A stretch of DNA of 61,401 nucleotides, the filler included, from Sanchytrium tribonematis (Eukaryota), in NCBI GenBank assembly GCA_018985235.1. It is 8 parts of 8 records of this genome, joined end to end, with 100 filler letters (N's around TTAATTAATTAA, not from the genome) between each part and the next. Parts side by side here need not be neighbours in the genome. Positions count along the whole stretch, not along the records: positions 30,782 to 33,717 come from JADGIG010000947.1; positions 33,818 to 55,342 come from JADGIG010000093.1; 6 more parts are not named here. The stretch is one strand, 5' to 3'. A program made the translations under genes and the position numbers. This document shows, one piece after another, positions 32,368 through 43,781 of the stretch. Each line of letters starts with the position of its first letter. Position 1 is the stretch's first letter. The notes below the pieces were generated by a model. It was given only the letters and a program-made list of their open reading frames with translations, was not told the DNA's origin and made no database searches.

Positions 32368-33585
32368 ATGTTGCAGACTACAAGCCACTTTATGAATTGG
32401 ATTTCATTTCTAGTCATTGAGATTCTAACATTGGTTTGGATTACGGGATGGGTTTACGCGTCATGGTACTACAGAGAATCAGCAATTATAGCCAAAAGAG
32501 GATTCTACAATATTCTCATCTTTTCAATTGCGACATTCTTTTGTTTTTCAGAAAATTTAACGCTGCCATTTATTTATTTTGATATTTACTTGTCTGTCCC
32601 ATGTTATCCTCATGAATACATCAATTATGTCTTTTTTGGATTATTCATGTTCACATATATCGTGAGAGGATTCAGTTTGTTATTTCAAAAGCATTCTGGA
32701 CTCATTCAAGCGTGTCAAGTGAAAGAAATTGAATTGTATTTTAGTAAATTGACGCCATTTGAACGATTTGTGATTCGATCCAAGACATTAAGTAGAAAAT
32801 TAAAAGAATCAAAGCAAGTAGAAGAGATTATTAGTGACCATTTTCTACAAACTCAATTCTTCAAGCCACGCTTTTTGTTAAAATGTTCTACTGGTTTCAT
32901 TATTTTGGGGATTTTAGTAGCTACCTTGGAATTGTTATTGAATCCGATTAAATTCACTGAAGCATATTGCACATTTGAGTCATATCTCCCTATTTATGCA
33001 TTCATTCTGTGCTTTTTGTTAGGTTCTTTTTATTTATCGTATTTATTAAGAAATACGTCAGATCCCTATTTTCTAAAATATGAATTCACCATATTCATGT
33101 GCTTGGTAGTGCCCATCTTATACATTGTCGGATTAACTCTAAGATTCTTAGGCTACTTTGACTGGCCAATTTGCATCTTAATCATGGTTTTAACAGGTCA
33201 TTTACTCAGTGTAGTCATTCCAAATGCCATAGCCATCAAATTACACTTTTTAAAAGTATCTCATTCAGATGCCATGACTATGGAATCCATAGAAATCAAT
33301 GATTTACGTAAAAAAGCAGCAGAAAGATTCTGTTTAGAATTAGTCATGTTTAGAGAAGATTATGAGTTGTTACATCAAATGAAAGATGTAGATTTACTCA
33401 TTAAACATGCAGATGAGATGTATTTAGCATATATTGAATTGGGAAGTCCATTTGAAATCAATATTAATGGCGTTTTACGGAGACAAGCCCAAATAGCTTA
33501 TAAATCTACCAAAGACTATAAAGTATATGATGCGATTAACAAGGAAGTCAAATCTATGTTGTATGCTAATTTGGGAGTTCAATAA
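32368..33585 (+). CDS. 7TM-RGS protein (GPCR-like membrane domain fused to RGS box)
   Basis: About 7 hydrophobic segments, then AAERFCLELVMF..YIELGSPFEININ..VYDAINKEVKSMLYAN. Confidence 0.8.
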   Translation: MLQTTSHFMNWISFLVIEILTLVWITGWVYASWYYRESAIIAKRGFYNILIFSIATFFCFSENLTLPFIYFDIYLSVPCYPHEYINYVFFGLFMFTYIVRGFSLLFQKHSGLIQACQVKEIELYFSKLTPFERFVIRSKTLSRKLKESKQVEEIISDHFLQTQFFKPRFLLKCSTGFIILGILVATLELLLNPIKFTEAYCTFESYLPIYAFILCFLLGSFYLSYLLRNTSDPYFLKYEFTIFMCLVVPILYIVGLTLRFLGYFDWPICILIMVLTGHLLSVVIPNAIAIKLHFLKVSHSDAMTMESIEINDLRKKAAERFCLELVMFREDYELLHQMKDVDLLIKHADEMYLAYIELGSPFEININGVLRRQAQIAYKSTKDYKVYDAINKEVKSMLYANLGVQ

Positions 33586-33717
33586 ATTCTACTCAATTCT
33601 CAAACCAACTAGGTCATCAAATGTTTCAATTTAAAAAAGAAGCACGTCTTTTATTAGGCCATCCATGTTTTTAACTTTGATCTATGGAGCCATCTATATT
33701 AGTAGATTACAAAGTAG

Positions 33718-33817
33718 NNNNNNNNNNNNNNNNNNNNNNNNNNNNNNNNNNNNNNNNNNNNTTAATTAATTAANNNNNNNNNNNNNNNNNNNNNNNNNNN
33801 NNNNNNNNNNNNNNNNN
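33718..33817. other. Artificial contig linker
   Basis: N44-TTAATTAATTAA-N44. Confidence 0.98.
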
Positions 33818-34922
33818 CTCCTCGATGACGAATGCTTGTTGCCAATTCTACCAGATCCGAAAAAAATACTTTTACACTTGCGGCTTGAATATCTGCCATT
33901 TCTAAAGTTGTTTGTAACAAATTTGCAGCAATCGTTAAGTTTCTCCAAGAAAAAGACAAAACCAACTGACTTACATCAGATCCATCATCGTGAATATAAT
34001 CAAAGTCGTTCCCTTCCGGGCATGTACTCGCAACAATAGGTAATGTTTGTTTCATTATTTTTTGGAAGATTGGATAAAATTCTTCAAAACTTAGCTTAAA
34101 TCGATTTGATTTAACATTTTCGGTGATGTACCAAATCAATCCTTCCATATTATTATACCTCGAACAATCAAATATATTTTCTTCAAGTAACTCAACGCAC
34201 AATAGAAGTTTTGAATACATTATTTCGTTAATTTCTTTAGGAATCTTTAAATAACTATATAAAAGCATGTATGTCGCACCGCTTAATGCTTCGTTAGATC
34301 TTTGTCGATTTATCAGCCTTTCTGCATCTCTCCACATTGTTTCCTTAAAGGTGTCGAGTCTATCCAAAAAGTGCTTTTTCAATAGCTCAAAACATTGCAT
34401 ACGCACCTTCTCAAATGAGGATTTTATAGTTTCCAGTAAATTCAACAATAGTTCTTCAGTATACAAAAAGTTCATCTCAAATGGAAATTCTGGCTTTTTA
34501 CAATATTTAGCATCAAAACCAACAGGCATTCTACATTCACGAGTACCAAATTGCTCAATCATGATTGTCAAAAGATCTAGATAAAGCTGCAACCTAGTAA
34601 TATTTGTCCCAGGAAAAATTCCGAAAGAAAATTCCTGCATAAGTGAGGCTAAGAAAGACTTGGTTTCCATAATCTGCTGCCAAATGATTGGATTTTGATT
34701 GTATTTGTATAGCTTAAACTGCGAGTAAGTGCTTGATTTGAGTCTTTCCATAAATAATCGAAAGCCAAAGCGAATATCATTTCCTAAGGTTGACTCATAT
34801 TGCTTACAATTTTTAACAATAAAGTTGAGGCAATAATTCTTGGCGTCGATACTTACTGGAGATGATTTTTTATTCGACAAACAAATACTGTTAAAATTTT
34901 CCATTATTGGATTCGTTGTCAT
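33818..34922 (-). CDS. THADA/Trm732-like protein (DUF2428), 3'-truncated
   Basis: CPEGN..LVLSFSWRNL..IRHRG motifs. Confidence 0.7.
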
Positions 34923-34948
34923 CTTTGAAATCTACAATCCCCTTTAAA

Positions 34949-35818
34949 ATGAAATTTAAAAAGGAGCCCATTCATTCGATATCAACGTACGAAAATTGGG
35001 AAGTGATTATTAAAGAATATTCTGTGGAGCTGGTAGACAATTTCGATGAAACAGTTTGGTGTATATCTTTTGAAGAAGAGATTTTGAAAGAAGTTGTGAT
35101 CAAAGATATCCTGATTCTTTCATTTGATCATGAAATTATTCAATATAATCTTAGAACCAGGAAACAAGAAGTTGCAATTGAAACTGATCAGGAAATAAGA
35201 GATATTATGATGGATAAAAATGGAAAATTGTATATCTGTTTCGCAAATTGCATTGGATATATTAGCCCAGATGGAGTCATTATATACTCTGGTGTTGAAA
35301 AAACCAAAAATTATTCTGCAATGACTGAATTTGAAAGTGGTCTGGTAGTTGTGGATTTTTATTCAGTTTTGACATTTTATGACAAAAAATTGGATATTCT
35401 TAAAAGCATCGATTACTCTGACGCCTTAGATATAGCCAGTGAAAACCCACCATTTCCTGTTGTTTTAAAGCCTAGTCCAGACAGTTCTGTGTTGTTTTTG
35501 GGCTTGTTGAATGGTATAGTTTTGTTAATAACTCGTAATTCATTAGATATGGTTCATGAGCCTACACTCCTCGAAGGATTCTCTATTTATGCAATGGACT
35601 ACCATTCATTTGTAATAAGTGATATTATATTCCACGGCTCAAATATGTTTATTTCTTCAAACGACAGAGCTATCTCGCATTACCGCTTAGACATCAAAAA
35701 GATAGAATTTATAAAAAAATACAACTTAAAAATGCGAGCCGAATCGCTCATACCCTTCAATGACAAAGTTATAGCAGTTGGAATAGATAGCCCATTTATA
35801 GAAACCATAGTATTGTAA
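34949..35818 (+). CDS. Degenerate WD40/beta-propeller protein
   Basis: Beta-strand repeats (ISDIIFHGSNMFISSNDRAISHY); ATG 34949 follows CCCCTT. Confidence 0.55.
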   Translation: MKFKKEPIHSISTYENWEVIIKEYSVELVDNFDETVWCISFEEEILKEVVIKDILILSFDHEIIQYNLRTRKQEVAIETDQEIRDIMMDKNGKLYICFANCIGYISPDGVIIYSGVEKTKNYSAMTEFESGLVVVDFYSVLTFYDKKLDILKSIDYSDALDIASENPPFPVVLKPSPDSSVLFLGLLNGIVLLITRNSLDMVHEPTLLEGFSIYAMDYHSFVISDIIFHGSNMFISSNDRAISHYRLDIKKIEFIKKYNLKMRAESLIPFNDKVIAVGIDSPFIETIVL

Positions 35819-35823
35819 TAAAT

Positions 35824-38010
35824 TTATTCCTTTTCGCCATGAATGTCATGTTTTCCTTGAATATAATCTTCAAATGTCTTTCCTTGTTCAAACGGTCGTT
35901 TTCCTAGAAGCTCCAACATGACATCTCGTCCTAGTACTTCTTTTTCCAATAAAACTTGAGCGACCTTTTCGACTTCTTCTCTCTTATCTTCTAAAAGTGT
36001 TTTGGTGCGTTGGTAGGCAGCATCGATAATATTTCTCACTTCTTCGTCTATGAGTTTCGAGGTAGATTCAGAAAAAGGCTTTTGAAACTGCTGAGTTCGG
36101 TCATCGTTGTTTGTATAAAAGGAAACATTTCCAACCTTGCTATTCATTCCAAATGATGTAACTAAAGAGTAAGCTAATTTTGTAACCTTGGTGAGATCAT
36201 CTTGGGCCCCAGTAGTGATAGACTGAAAAAATATTTCCTCAGAAGCTCTACCACCCAAAGTCATGCACATTCTATCTTGCAACTGTTCCGTGCTATACAA
36301 ATACTGATCTTTTGGCAAATATTGAGCAAAACCAAGTGCTCCAGATCCTCTCGGAATAATTGAAACCTTTAAAAGAGGGTCAGCGTGCTCTAAAAACCAA
36401 CCAGCTACTGCATGTCCTGCCTCATGATAAGCAACAATTTTTTTCTCTTCAGGTGACAAAATTTTGTTTTTCTTTTCTAAACCAGCAATAACTCTATCAA
36501 TAGCGGCTTCAAAGTGATCCATCACAACAGATTTTGCTTCCTTTCTTGCTGCAATCAGAGCAGATTCGTTGCAAACATTTGCAATGTCTGCACCGCTAAA
36601 GCCAGGAGTCATGGCTGCAAGTTTGCGAGCAACCTCTACTTTAGATGTATCCTCTGACGTTTTAATAGGTTTCAGATGTACGTTAAATATTTCTTCTCTC
36701 CCTTTGATGTCTGGCTTATCAATGCTGATTTGCCTATCAAACCTACCAGGTCGCATAAGAGCAGCGTCCAAAACGTCTGGTCTGTTGGTTCCAGCAAGCA
36801 CAACGATTTGTTCTCTGGCCTCAAATCCATCCATTTCTACAAGCAATTGATTTAAAGTACTTTCTCTTTCATCATTACCACCAAATTGCGCATTTCTACC
36901 TCTGGCCTTTCCGATAGCATCGATTTCGTCTAAGAATATAATACAAGGAGTATTTTTCCTAGCATTTTCAAATAAATCTCTAACTCTTGCGCTTCCAACT
37001 CCAACAAACATTTCTACAAATTCTGAACCACTGACGGAAAAAAAAGCCACTTTTGCTTCTCCAGCTGTAGCCTTTGCTAATAAAGTTTTACCAGTTCCTG
37101 GAGGACCTGACAATATGGCGCCCCTTGGAATTTTTGCACCCAATTTTTCAAACCTTTCTGGCTCCCTTAAAAATTTAACAAATTCCATGATTTCTTCCTT
37201 AGCCTCGTCACAACCAGCCACGTCTTTAAAAGAAACCTTCACATTATTTTCCTGATTAAATAATTTTGCCTTTGACTTACCAATCGAAAATATGTTCCCT
37301 GGACCACCTGCACCACTTTGACCCCCAGTAGCTCTTCTCGAAAGCCAGTATATACCACCAATTAGTAAAGCAGTAGGTGCCAACGAGAGCAATATGCTGC
37401 TCCAATTTATTTGGCTCTTGTAGGAAATTGGAATTTGTGGTAATTGTAATTCTTTAAGTGTTTGCTGTAAATTAAATTCAAAAGAGTCAACGGATCCAAT
37501 ATTGAAGTAAAATGAAGGTAATGGACTATTATCTAAGTATACTAAAACTATATTCCTATTTACAATCACTAATTTGGATACTTGAGTATTCGGCAATATT
37601 ACAGTTTTAAACTGAAGCCATGTGGTTTCCTTCGTACTAGAAGCCTCTAAATTTGAAAAAATTATAAAACTTATTATCAATACTGGAATTAGCCAATTAT
37701 TATTTCTTTTCGGATTGTTATCCCCGCCAGGTTTGGAGCCTAATGAAAATTTAAACACCTTAGCGTCCTTGAATCTTTGCTGAAATTCCTTCTCAAAATC
37801 TCCGAACGATGAGCTCTCTTCTTTTTTTGGAATTTTGTCGTTATTTTCTTTATATCTTGATTTTTTCTCGGAAGCATTTTTGAAGCCTCTTTGCCACAAA
37901 ATGCGGTCAGAGAGAGATTTCCAAATTTTTGACCCGGAATTATACTTAGTCTGCGTGTTAGAAAACACAAATCTGCTCAACATTGGCAATAATAATTGTT
38001 TTGCAAACAT
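35824..38010 (-). CDS. AFG3: Mitochondrial m-AAA protease (Afg3/Yta12, FtsH family)
   Basis: GPPGTGKT, DEID, RPGRFDR and HEAGH motifs; two TMs. Confidence 0.92.
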   Translation of the reverse strand: MFAKQLLLPMLSRFVFSNTQTKYNSGSKIWKSLSDRILWQRGFKNASEKKSRYKENNDKIPKKEESSSFGDFEKEFQQRFKDAKVFKFSLGSKPGGDNNPKRNNNWLIPVLIISFIIFSNLEASSTKETTWLQFKTVILPNTQVSKLVIVNRNIVLVYLDNSPLPSFYFNIGSVDSFEFNLQQTLKELQLPQIPISYKSQINWSSILLSLAPTALLIGGIYWLSRRATGGQSGAGGPGNIFSIGKSKAKLFNQENNVKVSFKDVAGCDEAKEEIMEFVKFLREPERFEKLGAKIPRGAILSGPPGTGKTLLAKATAGEAKVAFFSVSGSEFVEMFVGVGSARVRDLFENARKNTPCIIFLDEIDAIGKARGRNAQFGGNDERESTLNQLLVEMDGFEAREQIVVLAGTNRPDVLDAALMRPGRFDRQISIDKPDIKGREEIFNVHLKPIKTSEDTSKVEVARKLAAMTPGFSGADIANVCNESALIAARKEAKSVVMDHFEAAIDRVIAGLEKKNKILSPEEKKIVAYHEAGHAVAGWFLEHADPLLKVSIIPRGSGALGFAQYLPKDQYLYSTEQLQDRMCMTLGGRASEEIFFQSITTGAQDDLTKVTKLAYSLVTSFGMNSKVGNVSFYTNNDDRTQQFQKPFSESTSKLIDEEVRNIIDAAYQRTKTLLEDKREEVEKVAQVLLEKEVLGRDVMLELLGKRPFEQGKTFEDYIQGKHDIHGEKE

Positions 38011-38037
38011 TTGACAACGGAGCCGGTTTCAAAAAAT

Positions 38038-39208
38038 TTATTTTAATATTTTAGGCAACAAACTAGCAAATTTTAACACATGACCCAAATAAATACTTTG
38101 ACCCATATGCCCTACTCTAAAATATGGATCAATTTCTTTAAGCAGACCACCTGCAATAGAAAAACCATTTTTGCGAGAATTCTGAATAGTTGCAGGTACT
38201 TGAGGACTGTAAACTGCTGTCAAGGTATTCGAAGCAATGTTTTCCGACTCTGCGACAAGCTTTAATCCACAGTCCTTGATAACCTTCCTAAAAGAAGTCG
38301 CGCAATTTTCATGATCTCTCCAGCGTTTTTCTAAGACTACTCTTGCTTGTACAATACTTGGAAGTTCATCACTTCTCTGCAATTTGAATAAAACTCTCAA
38401 TGCAGACTCCAGAGAAATAATTGTGTTTACAGCTGGTGTGCAGAAGTAAGATGGCTTACCTTGCTCATATGCGTTATGGATGGGAAGCCATTTTTTTAAA
38501 TTGCAATAATATGACGGTATTTTAGACTTTTTATCAAGCAATTTCTTAATTAATCAAATATACCATAGCCCTTGGTGAAGTCCAGCAGATGCTTAACCCA
38601 GCTAATGCACCAATAGCTTTTTGGCTGCCAGTCATCACGAAATCAATGTCAAGCTTTTCAAGATCCAATCTTTCACCGCCAACTGAACAAACACCATCGA
38701 CTGCAATCAAAATTTCCGGAAATTTACTTCTCAATGGGATGACATAATCTTCTAAATTGCATCTAACTCCTGTTGAAGTATCGACATGGGTGAATGTAAC
38801 CGCCTCACAATTCAATTTCTCGACTTCTCTCAACACGTCATCAACAGATGGTATTTTTCCATAACCGGAAAATAAATACTCGTGCGGTAAATCTGAAGCT
38901 TCAAACACTTCTTTGAAAGATCTTCCAAAGTATCCCTGGGAGACAATCAACGTTTTTTGATTGCTTATAAAGTTGTTGGTGAATATTTCCCAGCCCAGAG
39001 ATCCAGACGCTGTAATAACAAAGGGCTGCATCTCTTGATTCAAGACAAGTAATCTCAACATTTTAATTGCATTGCCAAATTTTTCGATAAATCTGCTATC
39101 CACATGAGAGACTGCCGACTCGTTAACAAGAACACTGGGGTCAACTTCTATAGGGCCTGGAATCAACAGAATGTTGGCTGTGGATGAAGCCTGGTCTAAA
39201 GAATCCAT
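38038..39208 (-). CDS. AGX1: Alanine-glyoxylate aminotransferase, class V (exons 39208-38564, 38544-38038)
   Basis: LLIPGP, HVDTSTGV, DGVCS, TGSQKA and FRVGHMG motifs; in-frame 19-nt intron join. Confidence 0.88.
38545..38563 (-). other. 19-nt spliceosomal intron
   Basis: gtatatttgattaattaag; SPRAM-KLLDKK. Confidence 0.9.
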
Positions 39209-39274
39209 GTTGCAAAAGGAGTTTAATTCCTTTAATATATCAACCCCCGAATTTTAAAACACTTATTGAAAATT

Positions 39275-41558
39275 ATGAGTTTAATTGTTGCTTCGCATAA
39301 ATTACCGATTGAGTATCACAACGGCGATTATAGAGAACAGCCTCGACACAAGGCTTTTTACTCCGGGATTGCATCTCTGAAAGCGCAAGATATTACATAT
39401 GTTGGTTGCTACAGCGATAACAATGATGTTTTACGCAAACCCACCAAGCAGCTTCCAAATAACATGATGCATATCGATGTTGATCCATCTGTTCATTCGG
39501 ATTTCTATCATGGGTATTGCAAACAGGTCTTGTGGCAAATTTTACATTATCAGCCATATTCTCCACAAATTAAGGAAAATTCATTTTTTGAGGCCTACTG
39601 TAAGGTGAATAGAATGTATGCCGAGGAAATAATTAAAGTTTATAAGAAAAATGATATGGTATTTGTGAACGATTATCATTTATTTTTAGTTCCCTTTTAT
39701 TTGCGGCAAAAAATTCCAAATGCCAAGATTGGGTTTTTTTTACATTCTCCTTTTCCTTCTTCTGAACTGTTTAGATGCCTCCCTCAACGAACTGCACTAT
39801 TAAAAGGTGTATTAGGATCGCATTTAATAGGATTTCAAAACTATTCATACGCCAGACATTTTTTGTCTAGTTGTACGAGAGTTTTGGGTTTAGAGTCTAG
39901 CCCAGGTGGAATTGATCACGATCATCATGTTTCGATCGGTATTTTTCAAATTGGCATCAACGTTGCTCTGACAGAAAAATTGTGTTCTCACCCACTTGTA
40001 GAAGATAAGCTGAAAAAATTACGCGAGGTTTACAAAAATAAGATCGTTATTGTGGGACGGGAGCGCCTTGAGGCCCACAAGGGCGTAGTTCAGAAACTGA
40101 AAGCTTACGAAAGATTTTTGGAACTTTATCCTGAATATCAAGAAAAAGTGGTTTTAATTCAGATGACGAATTCGGGCGACAGAAAATTGGAGACAAAAGT
40201 TAATGATCTGGTTATGAAAATTAACGGGAAGTACGGTTCTGTATCCTTTAGTCCGGTTCTTCACATCCACAAGATGTTGCCTTACGATGACTATCATGCT
40301 CTATTAAGGTTAGCAAATGTTGGTTTGTTCACCCCTGTTAGGGATGGGATGAATATTGCATCACATGAATTTATTGTTTGTCAAAATGACAACCACGCAC
40401 CACTTGTTTTATCTGAATTCACTGGTACTGCTGGTTCTTTACCGGGGGCCTTGCTTGTAAACCCTTGGGATTTTAATGGCGTAGCTAAATCAATCCACAC
40501 TGCTATAAATATGTCGCTTGAAGAAAGAAAAACCAAACATCTTTTTATGCTTGATCATGTTTCTAGATTCAATTGCGACAAATGGGCTCAAAATTTTGTA
40601 AGCGAAATGCTATTCACTTCTGAAAATAACGGAAGCACAAGTGGAACTACCCAGAAGCTTGTCATTGACGATATAGTTGAAGTTTATAAGAAGTCAAACA
40701 AAAGGCTCTTGTTATTGGATTACGATGGGACTTTGACAAAAATTGTCAATAATCCACAATCTGCTCTTCCCACTGCGAAATTGCTAAAAGCTTTAGAAAA
40801 ATTGTGTAGCAGACCAGATACTGTAGTTTACATTATTAGTGGGAGAGATCAAGAATTTTTAGAAAGCCACCTTGGCCATATAAAAAATATCGGATTGAGT
40901 GCAGAGCACGGAAGTTTTGTAAAACATCATAACACCAAGAAATGGATAAATTTAATTGAAAAGATAGACATGGGCTGGCAGAACGAAGTCAGAGAAATTT
41001 TTGAATATTACACAGAACGAACTCAGGGATCTTTTATTGAACAGAAAAGATGTGCACTTACATGGCATTATCGTCTTGCTGATCCAGAGTTTGGACAGTT
41101 TCAGGCCAAAGAATGCCAAAACCACCTCGAAAATAGCATAAGTGGAAAGCTTCCTGTTGAAATTTTAATAGGAAAGAAAAATTTAGAAGTTCGACCAGTA
41201 TCAATTAATAAGGTAGCTAATTTTAATGAAGGGAGAAATGGTGAAACGTATATTAGGAATACAAGTTGATTGTGATTTTATTTTTTGCGCTGGTGATGAT
41301 AAGACTGACGAGGACATGTTTAAAAGTCTTGGTCACATTATTAACCCTTCGCCCCGCACGTCAAGGTCTGCATCTTATAGCACTTCTCCACAATTTCCAG
41401 AAGCTAGAAAAAGTCCAACCTTGCCAATTGAGAACCTTAATGCCAAAAATGTTTATACTGTGGCAGTTAGCTCATCTCCAAGGTTTACCCATGCATCATG
41501 GCGTTTGGACACTTCAGACGATGTTGTAAATCTGCTTTCTTTAATTTCTTCAGAATAA
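39275..41558 (+). CDS. TPS2: Trehalose-6-phosphate synthase/phosphatase (exons 39275-41212, 41232-41558)
   Basis: GT20 domain plus HAD DYDGT, SAEHG and GDDKTDEDMF motifs; INK-GEMVKRIL after splicing. Confidence 0.9.
41213..41231 (+). other. 19-nt spliceosomal intron
   Basis: gtagctaattttaatgaag; restores the conserved NKGE motif. Confidence 0.92.
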
Positions 41559-41718
41559 AGATTGATTTTGCAATTTTCAAACCCTTCCCTGATAAATTGA
41601 ACTCTTTGAAACTTTCAAAGCTCAATAACGTGATTAAAAATATAAACATTTGCGGCTAAAAAGAGCACGATAGACACATAATTTAAATTTTTGTAAAATA
41701 TGCAATTATTTTTGGAAC

Positions 41719-42204
41719 ATGGAAAATCCAAAGTATCTTGAATGGAGAAATCCAATTTTTGTAAATCAAAATGGAATCTCGAAAGATAATTGCATCGACT
41801 ACATAAGTGAAGCCGAGCATATTTGGGATGCAAATTCTTCAAATGCTGTATACAATTTTCAGATTAGACAGCTAGATATCAAGACCTCTCTAGAAGATTA
41901 TTTGAAAAAAACACCAGGAACTCAATTCAATTTAAAGCATTATCACGAAGATTTATTTGTAATCCAAAAAGACAATAGAGAAGATGAAAATATAAAATAT
42001 CCTTTAAATGTTTGTTATATATCGGAATCAAACGTCTATGCCAGTCCGTCTTGTGCAGATATCATAAGGATGCGATCGTTTCATTCAATGTTTAAGCTGG
42101 ACCACGCTTTCCAGTCTATCGATGATGAAGTTCATTTCCATCCATCGAGAGGCTATTCATTTAAGAAAGCGGATGAAATATCGAATCAGGGTAATGAGAT
42201 TTAG
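41719..42204 (+). CDS. MED6: Mediator subunit Med6
   Basis: EWRNP..NCIDY..DANSSN..LFVIQK..VYASP..FHPSRGY. Confidence 0.75.
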   Translation: MENPKYLEWRNPIFVNQNGISKDNCIDYISEAEHIWDANSSNAVYNFQIRQLDIKTSLEDYLKKTPGTQFNLKHYHEDLFVIQKDNREDENIKYPLNVCYISESNVYASPSCADIIRMRSFHSMFKLDHAFQSIDDEVHFHPSRGYSFKKADEISNQGNEI

Positions 42205-42311
42205 ACTATTTGTACTGGTACTTAGAGATGGTTCAATTTTAATAAATTTCTAAGTGTTACAAAATCCAGAAATCCTCCTCAAACTTTGATTCGCGATTGT
42301 GATTTGAAATA

Positions 42312-42446
42312 ATGCAACGCAGACTGTATCGCCGATTAAACACCACCACCACTGTCAGCAATAAGTTTTACATACGTTGTGGAGCTGTAGGTTTTGTATT
42401 AGGGATTATATTTGAGGGGATGTGGCAGCACATGCCCAAATATTAA
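42312..42446 (+). CDS. Candidate 44-aa single-TM microprotein (below ORF-track cutoff)
   Basis: MQRRLYRRLNTTTTVSNKFYIRCGAVGFVLGIIFEGMWQHMPKY; occupies the MED6-YTM1 gap. Confidence 0.45.
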   Translation: MQRRLYRRLNTTTTVSNKFYIRCGAVGFVLGIIFEGMWQHMPKY

Positions 42447-42456
42447 TTTAGTAAAT

Positions 42457-43632
42457 TTATTTAGGAGCATTTATCAAATATATATCAGAGCATTGGCCTG
42501 CTACAGCAATAGTATTATTTTTCCATTCCATATCAAATAATTTTTTACCCTTGGAAACTTGAACAGAGTAAAGTACAGAGTTTGTATTACGAATATCAAA
42601 AAATCGGAGACTTCCATCGTAGCATGAACTACCAATGATGTTATCGACTATTTGAACGCAGCTAATTTGGTTTGGCTGTTTGACAAAAGATTGAACTAGT
42701 TCGTTGGTTTTGCTATCTAGCAATCTAACAGTGCCATCAGAGTGACCAGACACCAAAAAATCATGATTTGAGTGTAATGAATTAACAACACTGTCAAATT
42801 TGGTTGTCTCTAGAAGGTTAAATTCAGAATCGTATTTACGGATACAGTGGTCCCAACTACCGGTAAACAATGCTGAATTTGTGTATCTTATGGCAGAAAT
42901 AGCGCTTTCTTGATGTTTCAGAACCAAACTAGGCTGGAGACCCTTAATTGATTCTAACTTTCGCTTCTTTGATCCTCTCGATTCATCCATGTCTAAGTTT
43001 TCGAATTTTGTAGGAATTTTAAATATCAAAAGACGACCTTCCCAGTTTCCAGCGGCAACAAATTCGTTATTGGTAGCAACTGATTCGATAGACGACTGGG
43101 ATCCAACTCCCGTTCCTAGCAATTTTTCTAACTCTATATTCCAAAATCTAACTTCTCCATTTTGACCTCCGGTAATTACCATGTTTTTATTACTACAAAT
43201 TTGATTTATATTTGAATCTTCATGTGTTGCAATTACCTTTGAATCAAATTCATGAGACCTTAACACCCCATCAAAACTACCGCTTAGTAAAATGTCATTA
43301 TAGAAATGTATTGATTTGATCCACTCTTCAGTTCCATACTTTTTAATCAATGAAGGTTTTTTAACAGATATAATGTATTCAACTTGAAGAAGCTGCTCAG
43401 CACTAGTGTTGCTTTGCTGTAAATATTCTGCTAACGAGCACCGTAAAAATTGTCCATTTACAATAAAATCAAATTCCTCAGATAATTTTAAGAGATGGTT
43501 TACCATTTCGCTTAAATTTGACTTGTTAAACTCTGTAGGAACTCTCATTGGAAGACCTTTACCGTCCTTTAGTAGATTCTGTGGCAAACTGTAATCCTGC
43601 TCTTTTGTAAATAATTGTAATCCGACCTCCAT
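42457..43632 (-). CDS. YTM1: Ribosome biogenesis protein Ytm1/WDR12
   Basis: NLE domain (LSEMVNHLL..FDFIVNGQFLRCSL) plus WD40 repeats (GSWDHCIR). Confidence 0.85.
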   Translation of the reverse strand: MEVGLQLFTKEQDYSLPQNLLKDGKGLPMRVPTEFNKSNLSEMVNHLLKLSEEFDFIVNGQFLRCSLAEYLQQSNTSAEQLLQVEYIISVKKPSLIKKYGTEEWIKSIHFYNDILLSGSFDGVLRSHEFDSKVIATHEDSNINQICSNKNMVITGGQNGEVRFWNIELEKLLGTGVGSQSSIESVATNNEFVAAGNWEGRLLIFKIPTKFENLDMDESRGSKKRKLESIKGLQPSLVLKHQESAISAIRYTNSALFTGSWDHCIRKYDSEFNLLETTKFDSVVNSLHSNHDFLVSGHSDGTVRLLDSKTNELVQSFVKQPNQISCVQIVDNIIGSSCYDGSLRFFDIRNTNSVLYSVQVSKGKKLFDMEWKNNTIAVAGQCSDIYLINAPK

Positions 43633-43781
43633 TGTACAATGATTGTTTTAAGGAGCCATTGGTTAATTTAAAAAAATGCAAATTGCCGTATAAGATTGTT
43701 CATGTTTAGTATAAACCAAACATTTTCGACGATCACATCTGCCGAATTTTATTCAGCACCGTAGACCCGTGTAACAAAATC

